NCBI GenBank assembly: GCA_905233855.1
Contig: CAJOGA010000013.1
Location: 1-58,858 of the forward strand
Source: an uncultured Clostridia bacterium
GTDB taxonomy: Bacteria > Bacillota > Clostridia > UBA1381 > CAJOGA01
Direction of reading: 5' to 3'
DNA length: 58,858 nt
Positions within the stretch are counted from its first letter, which is position 1. Every line of letters begins with the position of its first letter. The notes beneath the pieces were generated by a model that ran no database searches, was not told the DNA's origin, and saw only the letters and a list, made by a program, of their open reading frames with translations. Both the position numbers and the translations under genes were made by a program. This document shows, piece after piece, positions 9,494-18,521 of the stretch.

Positions 9494-10195
9494 TTACGCC
9501 GTTTCAATATCTTTTGCTTCCTGTAAATTCAAAAGGTTAACAGCTTCTTCAACCATCTTGTATTTTAATATTTTTCCTGCGGCATTCATAGGAAAACTGT
9601 CAACAAAACGGACATATTTAGGCACCTTGTGTTTTGCCATATGCTTGAGCACAAAATCTTTTATCTCCTCTTCTGTTGACGTTTCGCCTTCTTTTAATAT
9701 GACGCACGCCATAATCTGTTCGCCGTATTGCTTATCCGGCACGCCTATAACCTGAACATCGCTTACTTTTTCATGCGTATATATAAAATCTTCTATTTCT
9801 TTAGGATATATATTTTCTCCGCCACGGATTATCATATCCTTTATACGTCCGGTTATTTTGAAATTGCCGTCCGGGCGTCTCATTGCCAAATCACCTGTAT
9901 GCAGCCATCCGTCAGCGTCTATGGCATTTGCCGTTGCTGCGGGCATTTTGTAATACCCCTTCATTATGTTGTAACCTCTTGCCACAAACTCACCCGTTTG
10001 TCCGTCAGGTAATTCCTCGTTTGTTTCAGGATCTACTATCTTACACTCTATACCCGGAAGCGGTCCTCCGACTGTGTTGACTTTTATCTCAACAGAGTCA
10101 TCAGAGTGCGACATTGTGCAACCCGGTGAACTTTCGGTCTGCCCGAACACAATGGTTATTTCGGTCATATTCATCTTTTCTATAACCTCATTCAT
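9494..10195 (-). CDS. C-terminal portion of an AMP-dependent synthetase/ligase, continuing the upstream ORF in another frame
   Basis: Contains GWLHTGDLAMRRPDGNFKITGRIKDMIIRGGENIYPKEIE and a terminal KILKYKM motif. It has no N-terminal domain of its own. The open frame extends upstream of the ATG as ...ISAGSPCPIKVMNEV. Confidence 0.8.
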   Translation of the reverse strand: MNEVIEKMNMTEITIVFGQTESSPGCTMSHSDDSVEIKVNTVGGPLPGIECKIVDPETNEELPDGQTGEFVARGYNIMKGYYKMPAATANAIDADGWLHTGDLAMRRPDGNFKITGRIKDMIIRGGENIYPKEIEDFIYTHEKVSDVQVIGVPDKQYGEQIMACVILKEGETSTEEEIKDFVLKHMAKHKVPKYVRFVDSFPMNAAGKILKYKMVEEAVNLLNLQEAKDIETA

Positions 10196-12002
10196 AACCT
10201 TGATAGGACAAGGACTGCCCGCCGAAATCGGTCGAAGGAAAATTCTCGTGAGACAGCATTGCTATAAACATTGTAGGCACGCCGTTAAAAGCCGTTATTT
10301 TTTCTTTATTTATCATTTCAAGTGCCAGACGCGGTGAAAACGCAGGGATAGGACACATTGTCGCACCGTGCGTCATAGACGCCGTCATTGAAAGCACCAT
10401 GCCGAAGCAGTGGAACATAGGCACCTGTATCATAAATCTGTCGGCCGTGGATAAATCCATGCGGTCGCCTATATTTTTACCGTTATTGATAACGTTGTGA
10501 TGTGTGAGCATTACGCCCTTAGGAAATCCTGTGGTACCGGATGTATACTGCATGTTGCAAACATCATGACGGCTGATTGTAGCCATACGCTGATACACTA
10601 TCTCCGGCGGAGTTTCCTCTGACAAAGCCATAGCCTGATCCCATGTCAAACATCCCGGCTGCTGCGACTCTACCGTAACAACATGTCTTAAAAACGGCAA
10701 ACGTTTCGAGAAAAGCGGTTCGCTTGGCTTTTTGTCCTTAAGTTCAGGACAAATCTCATTTATTATGCTTATATAATCGGAATCTTTATAACCGTCAATC
10801 ATAACAACCGTATGTACATCTGCCTGACGAAGCAGATATTCCGCCTCATGTATTTTATATGCCGTGTTCACCGTTACCAATATAGCACCTATTTTAGTTG
10901 TCGCCCAGAATGTGATAAACCATGCCGGCACATTTGTTGCCCAGATTGCAACCTTGTCGCCGCGTTTTACACCCATTGTTATCAATGCACGGGCAAATGT
11001 ATCAACATCATCGCGGAACTGGCTGTATGTTCTGGTGTAGTCATGTGTTATATATTTAAATGCGTACTGATCCGGAAATTCTTCAACTATGCGATCCAAT
11101 AATTGCGGAAAGGTGAGGTCTATCAGCGTTTCCTTTTCCCAGATGTATTGGCCTGTTCCCGCTCTGTTGCTGTATAATCCGCCGCGTTGTGTTGTCTTCT
11201 GGGTATATTCGCTCATGTAATACGCAAACTGAGGAATAACAACGTCTGCCTCCGCAAGATCAGTGCTCCAACGTTTTACCCATTCCAAAGTTACATATCC
11301 TTCAAAATTGATTGAACGCAACGCAAACATCATATCTGATATAGGAAGGTCGCCCTCGCCCATCATTTTATACACTATCTTGCCGTTTTCCATAACGGAG
11401 TCCTTTATATGCACATATTTTATGTATGCACCTAAATTCTGAACAGTTTGCTCAGGCGTCTCACCGGCAACTCTGTACGGATGATGCATATCCCAAAGTG
11501 CCGCAACGGCATCGCTTTCCACCTGCTCAAGCAAATTGCAAAGACGCGAAGTGTCCGCATACACACCGTTCGTTTCAACAAGAAGCGTAACGTTGTTTTT
11601 CTCTGCAACAGGTGCAAGCTCTTTAAGCTGTTGAACAACCTGTGCATCATCAACTTCACCGTCAGGCATAACATCAAGATCGGCAAGAATACGCACATAC
11701 TGCGTGCCTACTTTTGCGGCAAGAGAAATGTATTCCGTTATTTCTTTTTTGTTTTCTTCGGCTTTGTCTGCATATTTCAAGCAGCAGTTGGACGAAAAAC
11801 AGGATATTGTCAAACCCATGTCGTTCAGCTTTTTTATTGTTTTAGGCAATTCGTTATCGGTAAACGGACGTGCGTTAACGGCAAAAATGTCGTTGCCCAA
11901 GCCTCTTACTTCAATACCGTCAAATTCCATATCCTTCGCCATGGAAGTAATGTCTTCCCAGCTTGATTTAGGACATGCCAATGTTGAAAATGATATTTTC
12001 AT
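10188..12002 (-). CDS. fusion of a xylose-isomerase-like TIM barrel (sugar phosphate isomerase/epimerase family) with the N-terminal domain of an AMP-dependent synthetase/ligase; frame broken near 10222
   Basis: MKISFSTLACPK...FDGIEVRG...LLVETNG...HIKD...VTLEW is a TIM-barrel pattern. It is followed by YTSGTTGFPKGVMLTHHN, the AMP-binding motif. ATG 12002 follows GGAGATGG. The ORF stops right after HENFPSTDF, while the family sequence continues in the next ORF. Confidence 0.8.
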   Translation of the reverse strand: MKISFSTLACPKSSWEDITSMAKDMEFDGIEVRGLGNDIFAVNARPFTDNELPKTIKKLNDMGLTISCFSSNCCLKYADKAEENKKEITEYISLAAKVGTQYVRILADLDVMPDGEVDDAQVVQQLKELAPVAEKNNVTLLVETNGVYADTSRLCNLLEQVESDAVAALWDMHHPYRVAGETPEQTVQNLGAYIKYVHIKDSVMENGKIVYKMMGEGDLPISDMMFALRSINFEGYVTLEWVKRWSTDLAEADVVIPQFAYYMSEYTQKTTQRGGLYSNRAGTGQYIWEKETLIDLTFPQLLDRIVEEFPDQYAFKYITHDYTRTYSQFRDDVDTFARALITMGVKRGDKVAIWATNVPAWFITFWATTKIGAILVTVNTAYKIHEAEYLLRQADVHTVVMIDGYKDSDYISIINEICPELKDKKPSEPLFSKRLPFLRHVVTVESQQPGCLTWDQAMALSEETPPEIVYQRMATISRHDVCNMQYTSGTTGFPKGVMLTHHNVINNGKNIGDRMDLSTADRFMIQVPMFHCFGMVLSMTASMTHGATMCPIPAFSPRLALEMINKEKITAFNGVPTMFIAMLSHENFPSTDFGGQSLSYQGYE

Positions 12003-12048
12003 AGATCCATCTCCAATTCTGAAATATAATTTTGTTAAATACAAAAAC

Positions 12049-12352
12049 AAAAAAAATCTTCGTCTCGCATGCATACAGCACAAGAGACGAAGATAACATA
12101 TCTCCGCGGTACCACTCTTATTGAAACCGTTATCTTATATAAAACACGGTTCCCGCTCATTTCATCTTTCAATGAATTTCCTTTTAACGGAGGAAAAGCC
12201 CGGTCGCACTTACTAAGCAAAAACACGCTTTTCGGCTGACTGCTCGAGGGGGAGCGTATATTACGCTTGCGGTCTGCCTTGCAGCAAACGGCAGCTCTCT
12301 GAGCCGCAACATCGTAACAACTTGCCCTGTCATTGCATTTAACTTTATATTC
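12049..12352 (-). promoter_or_regulatory. T-box leader with probable Tyr specifier (UAC)
   Basis: Minus strand carries an AGAGAG bulge, the F-box CCGUUA, the T-box AAUAAGAGUGGUACCGCGG (12104-12122) and the terminator CUUCGUCUC...GAGACGAAG plus U8 (12049-12092). The specifier segment GCGUAAUA-UAC-G aligns with GCGUAAUA-UGG-A in the second T-box of this window. Confidence 0.8.
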
Positions 12353-12365
12353 AATTATGCAATAC

Positions 12366-12394
12366 ATTATATTATGCATTTTTTGATATGTCAA
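12366..12394 (-). promoter_or_regulatory. consensus sigma-A promoter of the T-box leader
   Basis: Minus strand has TTGACA (12389-12394), a 17-nt spacer and TATAAT (12366-12371). Confidence 0.75.
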
Positions 12395-12612
12395 TAATTT
12401 TTTTGCGGCATTTCAAAAAATAACAAAAAACGTCAATTATTGCTCTTGCAATGTCTGTCCTCTGTAATGTATAATTTTACATATATGCTCAACACGTCAA
12501 TAACATGCGGTTGTTTTGTATTATTTTCACGCTTTTATTTTATGAAAATTGACCAAAATGTTTGTTTGGACATATAAAAATGTGTTTATAACCGAAAAAA
12601 CAAAAATTTTTG

Positions 12613-12640
12613 TGGACAAATTCCCAAAATATGATATAAT
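12613..12640 (+). promoter_or_regulatory. candidate ppdK promoter
   Basis: TGGACA, a 16-nt spacer, then TGATATAAT (extended -10), about 70 nt upstream of the start codon. Confidence 0.5.
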
Positions 12641-12708
12641 ATTGACGTGTGTAAAATTTTGGTTTACAATTTTAAAAATATAAATTTATATTAGGAGGGT
12701 TTTACTTT

Positions 12709-15345
12709 ATGAGTAAAAAATATGTTTACCTTTTCAGTGAAGGTGACGCAACAATGAGAAACCTTCTTGGTGGTAAAGGTGCTAACTTGGCAGAAATGAC
12801 CAATCTTGGTATTCCTGTTCCTCAAGGTTTCACTGTTACAACCGAGGCTTGTACACAATATTATAACGACGGCAAAAAGATTTCTGATGAAATCATCGCT
12901 GAAATCGAAGAGAAAATGCTCGATATCGAAAAGATTGCCGGCAAAAAATTCGGCGATAAAACCAATCCTTTCCTGGTATCGGTTCGTTCCGGTGCAAGAG
13001 CATCAATGCCGGGTATGATGGATACAATTCTTAACCTCGGTCTTACAGACGAAGTTACCGAAGGTTTGGCACAAAAAATGAATAATCCTCGTTTCGCATA
13101 CGACAGCTACAGAAGATTTATTCAAATGTTCTCTGATGTTGTTATGGAAATCCCTAAACCTAAATTTGAAAAAATCATCGATGATATCAAAGCCGAAAGA
13201 GGCGTTAAATTAGACACAGAGCTTACAGCTGAAGATCTTAAAAAGCTCATCGTTGAATATAAGAAATTGTTTAAAGAAGAAAAAGGCTATGAATTCCCGC
13301 AAGACCCTAAAAAACAGTTGATTGAAGCTGTTGAAGCCGTTTTCAGAAGCTGGGATAACCCAAGAGCTATCGTTTACAGAAGAATGAACGATATCCCTTC
13401 AGACTGGGGTACAGCCGTTAACGTACAGGCTATGGTATTCGGTAACATGGGCGATACTTCCGGTACAGGTGTTGCTTTCACACGTAACCCGTCAACCGGT
13501 GAAAACAAGCTCTACGGCGAATACTTAATGAATGCACAGGGCGAAGACGTTGTTGCAGGTATCCGTACTCCAAGCCCTATAACATCTTTGCAACAGGACA
13601 ATCCTGCAGTATACAAACAATTCGTTGAAATTGCTCATAAATTGGAAGACCATTATGCAGATATGCAAGATATGGAATTCACCATCGAAGAGGGCAAACT
13701 CTTCATGCTCCAAACAAGAAACGGTAAAAGAACAGCTCAGGCCGCTCTTCAGATCGCTTGTGATCTTGTTGACGAAGGCAAAATCACTCCTGAAGAAGCT
13801 GTTTCCAGAATTGAAGCTAAATCTTTGGATCAACTCCTCCACCCTACATTTGATGCAGCTGCATTGAAAGCAGGCGAAGTTATCGGTTCTGCACTTCCTG
13901 CATCTCCGGGTGCTGCAGCAGGTAAAGTTTACTTCACAGCTGAAGACGCTAAAGCCGCAGGTGCAAGAGGCGAAAGGGTTATCCTCGTTCGTTTGGAAAC
14001 ATCTCCTGAAGATATCGAAGGTATGCACGCCGCTCAGGGTATCCTCACAGTTCGCGGCGGTATGACATCTCACGCAGCCGTTGTTGCAAGAGGTATGGGT
14101 ACTGCTTGTGTATCCGGTTGCGGTGAAATCAAAATAGATGAAGACGCTAAATATTTTGATCTTGGCGGCAAACATATAACCGAAGGCGACTATATTTCTC
14201 TCGACGGTTCAACAGGTAACATCTACTACGGCGACATCAAAACAGTAGACGCATCTGTTACAGGTAACTTCGGCAGAATTATGGCATGGGCTGACGAATT
14301 CAGAACATTGAGCGTACGCACAAACGCTGATACTCCTGCCGATACAGCTAACGCTGTTAAACTGGGTGCTGAAGGTATCGGTCTCTGCCGTACGGAGCAC
14401 ATGTTCTTTGATGCTGACAGAATCCCTAAGATTCGTAAAATGATCCTTTCCGACAGCGTTGAAGCAAGAGAAGAAGCTCTTAACGAATTGATTCCGTTCC
14501 AGAAGGGCGACTTTAAGGCTATGTATGAAGTGCTTGAAGGTAAACCTATGACAGTTCGTTACCTTGACCCGCCTCTGCATGAATTTGTTCCTACAGAAGA
14601 AGCTGATATAAAAGCACTTGCTAAGGATATGGGCTTGTCAGTTGAAGCTGTTAAAGCTAAATGCGACGAACTTCACGAATTCAACCCTATGATGGGTCAT
14701 CGCGGATGCCGTCTTGCAGTAACATATCCTGAAATTGCAAAGATGCAGACAAGAGCAGTTATGGAAGCAGCTATAGAAGTTAAAGCCGAAAAAGGCTACA
14801 ACATAGTTCCTGAAATAATGATTCCGCTCGTTGGCGAAAAGAAAGAATTGAAATTTGTCAAAGATATCGTTATTGAAACTGCTGAATTGGTTAAGAAGGA
14901 AAAAGGTTCCGACATTGAATACCATATCGGTACAATGATTGAAATTCCTCGTGCAGCTTTGCTTGCCGATGAAATTGCTCAGGAAGCTGAATTCTTCTCA
15001 TTCGGTACAAACGACTTGACACAGATGACATTCGGTTTCTCCCGTGATGATGCCGGTAAATTCTTAGATTCTTATTATCAGAATAAAATCTATGAATCAG
15101 ACCCATTCGCAAGATTAGACCAAAACGGCGTTGGACAGCTTGTTAAAATGGCAGCTGAAAAAGGCCGTGCAACAAGACCTAACCTCAAACTGGGTATCTG
15201 CGGCGAACACGGCGGCGATCCAAGCTCCGTTGCTTTCTGCCACAAAGTTGGTTTGAATTACGTTTCTTGTTCTCCGTTCCGCGTACCGATTGCTAAATTG
15301 GCTGCTGCTCAGGCTGCTATCGCAGAAAAGAGAGAATCTAAATAA
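12709..15345 (+). CDS. ppdK: pyruvate, phosphate dikinase
   Basis: 878 aa. ATP-grasp N-terminus MSKKYVYLF...GGKGANLAEM, phosphohistidine motif GGMTSHAAVVARGMG and PEP-utilising C-terminus GICGEHGGDP. RBS is AGGAGGG. Confidence 0.97.
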   Translation: MSKKYVYLFSEGDATMRNLLGGKGANLAEMTNLGIPVPQGFTVTTEACTQYYNDGKKISDEIIAEIEEKMLDIEKIAGKKFGDKTNPFLVSVRSGARASMPGMMDTILNLGLTDEVTEGLAQKMNNPRFAYDSYRRFIQMFSDVVMEIPKPKFEKIIDDIKAERGVKLDTELTAEDLKKLIVEYKKLFKEEKGYEFPQDPKKQLIEAVEAVFRSWDNPRAIVYRRMNDIPSDWGTAVNVQAMVFGNMGDTSGTGVAFTRNPSTGENKLYGEYLMNAQGEDVVAGIRTPSPITSLQQDNPAVYKQFVEIAHKLEDHYADMQDMEFTIEEGKLFMLQTRNGKRTAQAALQIACDLVDEGKITPEEAVSRIEAKSLDQLLHPTFDAAALKAGEVIGSALPASPGAAAGKVYFTAEDAKAAGARGERVILVRLETSPEDIEGMHAAQGILTVRGGMTSHAAVVARGMGTACVSGCGEIKIDEDAKYFDLGGKHITEGDYISLDGSTGNIYYGDIKTVDASVTGNFGRIMAWADEFRTLSVRTNADTPADTANAVKLGAEGIGLCRTEHMFFDADRIPKIRKMILSDSVEAREEALNELIPFQKGDFKAMYEVLEGKPMTVRYLDPPLHEFVPTEEADIKALAKDMGLSVEAVKAKCDELHEFNPMMGHRGCRLAVTYPEIAKMQTRAVMEAAIEVKAEKGYNIVPEIMIPLVGEKKELKFVKDIVIETAELVKKEKGSDIEYHIGTMIEIPRAALLADEIAQEAEFFSFGTNDLTQMTFGFSRDDAGKFLDSYYQNKIYESDPFARLDQNGVGQLVKMAAEKGRATRPNLKLGICGEHGGDPSSVAFCHKVGLNYVSCSPFRVPIAKLAAAQAAIAEKRESK

Positions 15346-15358
15346 TAAAATAATTTAT

Positions 15359-15386
15359 GCAGGCTGTATCGCAAGATACAGCCTGT
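15359..15386 (+). repeat. ppdK terminator-type hairpin, copy 1, without a U tract
   Basis: GCAGGCTGTATC-GCAA-GATACAGCCTGT. An identical 28-mer recurs at 15620-15647. Confidence 0.9.
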
Positions 15387-15387
15387 C

Positions 15388-15472
15388 AGACTGTCGAAAA
15401 AGTCGCCCGACCGCAGAAATATTATTATTTGCGGTCAGCGGCTTTTTGTATTTATTACGTAAAATCATATCT
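15388..15472 (+). repeat. ~85-nt conserved structured module, copy A
   Basis: ACTGTCGAAAAAGTCGCCCGACCGCAGAAATATTATTATTTGCGGTCAGCGGCTTTTTGTATTTATTACGTAAAATCATAT is near-identical to 38522-38607. It contains the hairpin GCCCGACCGCA...TGCGGTCAGCGGC followed by a T run. Confidence 0.85.
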
Positions 15473-15619
15473 ATAACTTCTTTTAAAAACAGTTCTGTTA
15501 ATTGCTTTTGCCGATTTTGAACTCTAACGTACACACGTACGCCGACGAATTCAAAATCGCCAAATCTGCCTTCCTTTTTCGAAGTCTCCCAGTGTGTCGA
15601 TAGGTTTATCGACACACTG

Positions 15620-15655
15620 GCAGGCTGTATCGCAAGATACAGCCTGTTTTTTTAT
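15620..15655 (+). terminator. ppdK terminator-type hairpin, copy 2, with U tract
   Basis: The same 28-nt hairpin, followed by TTTTTTT. Confidence 0.85.
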
Positions 15656-15766
15656 ACTATCTGACGTCATTATAAAAAAGTTTTCCGTTTTGTAATAAAG
15701 CTTTGTACCGGTCAATATATATAGTATTGAATTGTACAACTTTAAAATCAAAAGGAGGACAAAAAC

Positions 15767-17245
15767 GTGCAAAGCTATAACATATATCAAGACATAGCAG
15801 AACGTACACAAGGAGATATATACATGGGTGTGGTAGGACCTGTGCGAACAGGTAAATCCACCTTCATAAAACGGTTTATGGATCTGTTGGTTATTCCCAA
15901 CATAACAAATGAATACCAGCAGGAACGTGCAAGAGATGAACTTCCGCAAAGTGCGGCAGGCAAGACGATTATGACTACAGAGCCAAAATTCATACCAAAC
16001 GAAGCCATTGAAATCACCGTTGCGGATAACGCAAAACTTAAGGTTCGTATGATAGACTGTGTCGGATATGTTGTGGACAGTGCACTCGGTCATATAGAAA
16101 ATGATGCACCGCGAATGGTAAGCACACCGTGGTTTGATCACGACATTCCATTCAACGAGGCCGCTGAAATAGGCACAAAAAAGGTGATAACAGAACATTC
16201 AACCATAGGCATCATGATTACCAGCGACGGTTCTGTAACCGAAATAAACCGCGATGAGTATGTAAAATCAGAGGAACGCGTGGTGAATGAGCTAAAAGGC
16301 ATAAACAAGCCGTTTGTAATTATCCTTAACTCTGCCCACCCTACTGCGGCAAACACGCAAAGCCTGCGTATGGAATTGGAGACAAAATACTCCGTTCCCG
16401 TAATGGCAATAAACTGTGTAGAGATGAATCAAAGCGATATCCAAAACATAATGGAAAAGGTGTTGTTTGAGTTTCCTTTGCGTGAAATCAAATTTAATAT
16501 GCCTAAATGGATAGACAGTTTAGACTCAACTCATTGGCTCAAACAAAGCATCTTCAACTGTGTAATATCCTCGTTGGATAACGTCAACAAAATCAATGAT
16601 ATCCATAAGCTTAATTCAAAAGCGGAGGAATGTGAATACATAAGCAGATGCTTTGCGGACACAATGTATCCGGGCAAAGGCAGTATCGTAATGCAAATCA
16701 ACGTAAACGAAGGACTGTTTTATAAGGTACTTGGCGAGATGTCCGGCTTTGAAATTGCCAATGACGGCAAGCTGATAAAACTCATGCGTGAGCTGTCCGA
16801 CATGAAGAAAAACTATGACAAGATAGAATACGCTCTGCATCAGGTAAACGAAACAGGATACGGTATTGTTTGTCCGACTATAGACGACTTAACCTTAGAA
16901 GAACCTGAAATGTTCAAACAAGGCGGAAGATTCGGCGTGCGGCTTAAAGCGTCCGCCCCAAGCATACACATGATACGTGCCGACATCGAAACAGAGGTAT
17001 CGCCTGTTGTCGGAAGCGAAAAGCAGTCTCAGGAGCTGGTGAATTACCTGCTTGAAGAATTTGAAGTAGATCCGAAGAAAATATGGGAATCGAACATATT
17101 CGGCAAATCCTTGCATGAACTGGTGAATGAAGGACTGCACAACAAGCTGAATCGCATGCCGGAGGACGCTCAGAGCAAACTCCGTGAAACACTGCAAAAA
17201 ATCATAAATGAAGGCAGCGGTGGTTTAATATGCATAATATTATAA
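15767..17245 (+). CDS. spoIVA: stage IV sporulation protein A
   Basis: 492 aa with YQDIAERTQGDIYMGVVGPVRTGKSTFIKRFM (Walker A) and the C-terminus GGLICIIL, typical of SpoIVA. GTG start after AAAGGAGG. Confidence 0.95.
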   Translation: MQSYNIYQDIAERTQGDIYMGVVGPVRTGKSTFIKRFMDLLVIPNITNEYQQERARDELPQSAAGKTIMTTEPKFIPNEAIEITVADNAKLKVRMIDCVGYVVDSALGHIENDAPRMVSTPWFDHDIPFNEAAEIGTKKVITEHSTIGIMITSDGSVTEINRDEYVKSEERVVNELKGINKPFVIILNSAHPTAANTQSLRMELETKYSVPVMAINCVEMNQSDIQNIMEKVLFEFPLREIKFNMPKWIDSLDSTHWLKQSIFNCVISSLDNVNKINDIHKLNSKAEECEYISRCFADTMYPGKGSIVMQINVNEGLFYKVLGEMSGFEIANDGKLIKLMRELSDMKKNYDKIEYALHQVNETGYGIVCPTIDDLTLEEPEMFKQGGRFGVRLKASAPSIHMIRADIETEVSPVVGSEKQSQELVNYLLEEFEVDPKKIWESNIFGKSLHELVNEGLHNKLNRMPEDAQSKLRETLQKIINEGSGGLICIIL

Positions 17246-17940
17246 ACAAAATTAAAAAGGTGTTCCCTATCCTGCTCTGTATCAGTGTTTTGACAGGCTG
17301 TCATACAAAAACCGTTAATATGAAAACTCATGATATAGTATATGATAAAGACTATATAAGCGTGAATGCAAAGATACCTGTGTTTTCAGGCTTAGACAAA
17401 GCCTTTGCCGAATTTCTTAACGACAACACAATGAAAAAATACGAAAAATACATAAGTGATTTTGACGCCGATGCATTATCGGTGCATGACGGAGGCAACG
17501 GGCCAAAATTTGAACTGAACATAGAGCCTGTTTTAACGTGCAACAAAAAATTTCTAAGTTACATCATGGTTACGGATTCCTTCAGCGGCGGCACTCATAA
17601 ACTGACCGCAAAAGCCGCCACTACCGTGGATTTATCGTCAAATTCACCGATTTTTATAAGCGATATGTTCACAGACGGCACAGACTATGCCTCCATCCTG
17701 ACTGAATACATGCAAAATCTTGCCAAAACCGATTTTAAAACTTATAACGATTTATGGGAAGCCCCCTCCTTTACCGCACAGCAAAACGAAGATTTTTACA
17801 TACAGGACGACAAAATAATAATATTCTATCCGCCGTACGATCTGGCACCGTATTCTGCCGGCTTTATAGAATTTCCAATACCACTGAGCGATATAAATGA
17901 ATACCTTAAACCGGAATACCAATCTCTTACATCAAAATAA
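17230..17940 (+). CDS. lipoprotein with DUF4163/DUF3298-like (RsiV/PdaC-type) domains
   Basis: Lipobox-like signal ILLCISVLTGC, the SGGTHKL motif and a FIEFPIPLSDI end typical of DUF3298. It overlaps the spoIVA stop by 16 nt. Confidence 0.6.
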   Translation: MHNIINKIKKVFPILLCISVLTGCHTKTVNMKTHDIVYDKDYISVNAKIPVFSGLDKAFAEFLNDNTMKKYEKYISDFDADALSVHDGGNGPKFELNIEPVLTCNKKFLSYIMVTDSFSGGTHKLTAKAATTVDLSSNSPIFISDMFTDGTDYASILTEYMQNLAKTDFKTYNDLWEAPSFTAQQNEDFYIQDDKIIIFYPPYDLAPYSAGFIEFPIPLSDINEYLKPEYQSLTSK

Positions 17941-17972
17941 ATAAAATATGAGGCGTACTCGCAGGGACAGTA

Positions 17973-18002
17973 AAAGGCTCTCGCAAATCAGCGAGAGCCT
18001 TT
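17973..18002. terminator. hairpin between convergent genes
   Basis: AAAGGCTCTCGC-AAATCA-GCGAGAGCCTTT. Confidence 0.65.
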
Positions 18003-18513
18003 AATCATTATGAAAACAATCTTTTTCCCATCTTATAACATTTGTATCAATATATTCCCATATTTTCCGATAATCTTTTTCGCCGCGAATGATATGGTCA
18101 TGACAAGAGGATTGCCAAATTGGCGTTTTGACGGAATGCATAAACTCATTCCTTGCAATCCTTGTTACTCCCGCCTTGAATTTACCTACAACATTTGGAA
18201 TATCGTATTTTTTGTAGGGAACGGATTTATCCGTTCCGCAATTTATCCCTTTTGCTTCTAAAATCACAATAATCATATGTATGTGATTAGGCATGATAAC
18301 ATATTTATCTATTCGAATATTTTCGTAACGAGGTTCAATATTCATGATTTCTTTATTAACAATTTTTCCTAAATCACTTAAGCACATTTTCTCATTGTTT
18401 ATTTCACCGAATAAATGTAATTTTCGATTTGTACAAATTGTAATAAAATATGCTCCCGGCGTCCCATAATCATATCCTTTTAATCTAGTTGGTTTTCGTT
18501 CTGGTAAATTCAT
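18001..18513 (-). CDS. REP-associated tyrosine transposase-like protein (RAYT / IS200-Y1 HUH family, COG1943-like)
   Basis: 170 aa with RLKGYDYGTPGAYFITICT, the HUH motif MPNHIHMII, and WQSSCHDHIIRGEKDYRKIWEYIDTNVIRW typical of this family. Confidence 0.8.
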   Translation of the reverse strand: MNLPERKPTRLKGYDYGTPGAYFITICTNRKLHLFGEINNEKMCLSDLGKIVNKEIMNIEPRYENIRIDKYVIMPNHIHMIIVILEAKGINCGTDKSVPYKKYDIPNVVGKFKAGVTRIARNEFMHSVKTPIWQSSCHDHIIRGEKDYRKIWEYIDTNVIRWEKDCFHND

Positions 18514-18521
18514 AATTACAC

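Noticed and set aside
10188-10264. A programmed ribosomal frameshift as the explanation for the split ligase gene.
   Set aside because: There is no slippery heptamer at the junction (GAU UUC GGC GGG CAG). The apparent loss of several conserved residues fits a deletion better.
12035-12394. A 119-aa minus-strand ORF upstream of the fusion gene.
   Set aside because: It coincides exactly with the T-box leader, including the promoter, stem I, the T-box sequence and the terminator.
15355-15615. An 86-aa minus-strand ORF and short plus-strand frames inside the ppdK 3' insert, which could encode a small toxin or peptide.
   Set aside because: The conserved 85-nt module does not keep an open frame in its second copy, where there is an upstream in-frame TAA and no ATG. 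The region is dominated by perfect hairpins, and there is no RBS.
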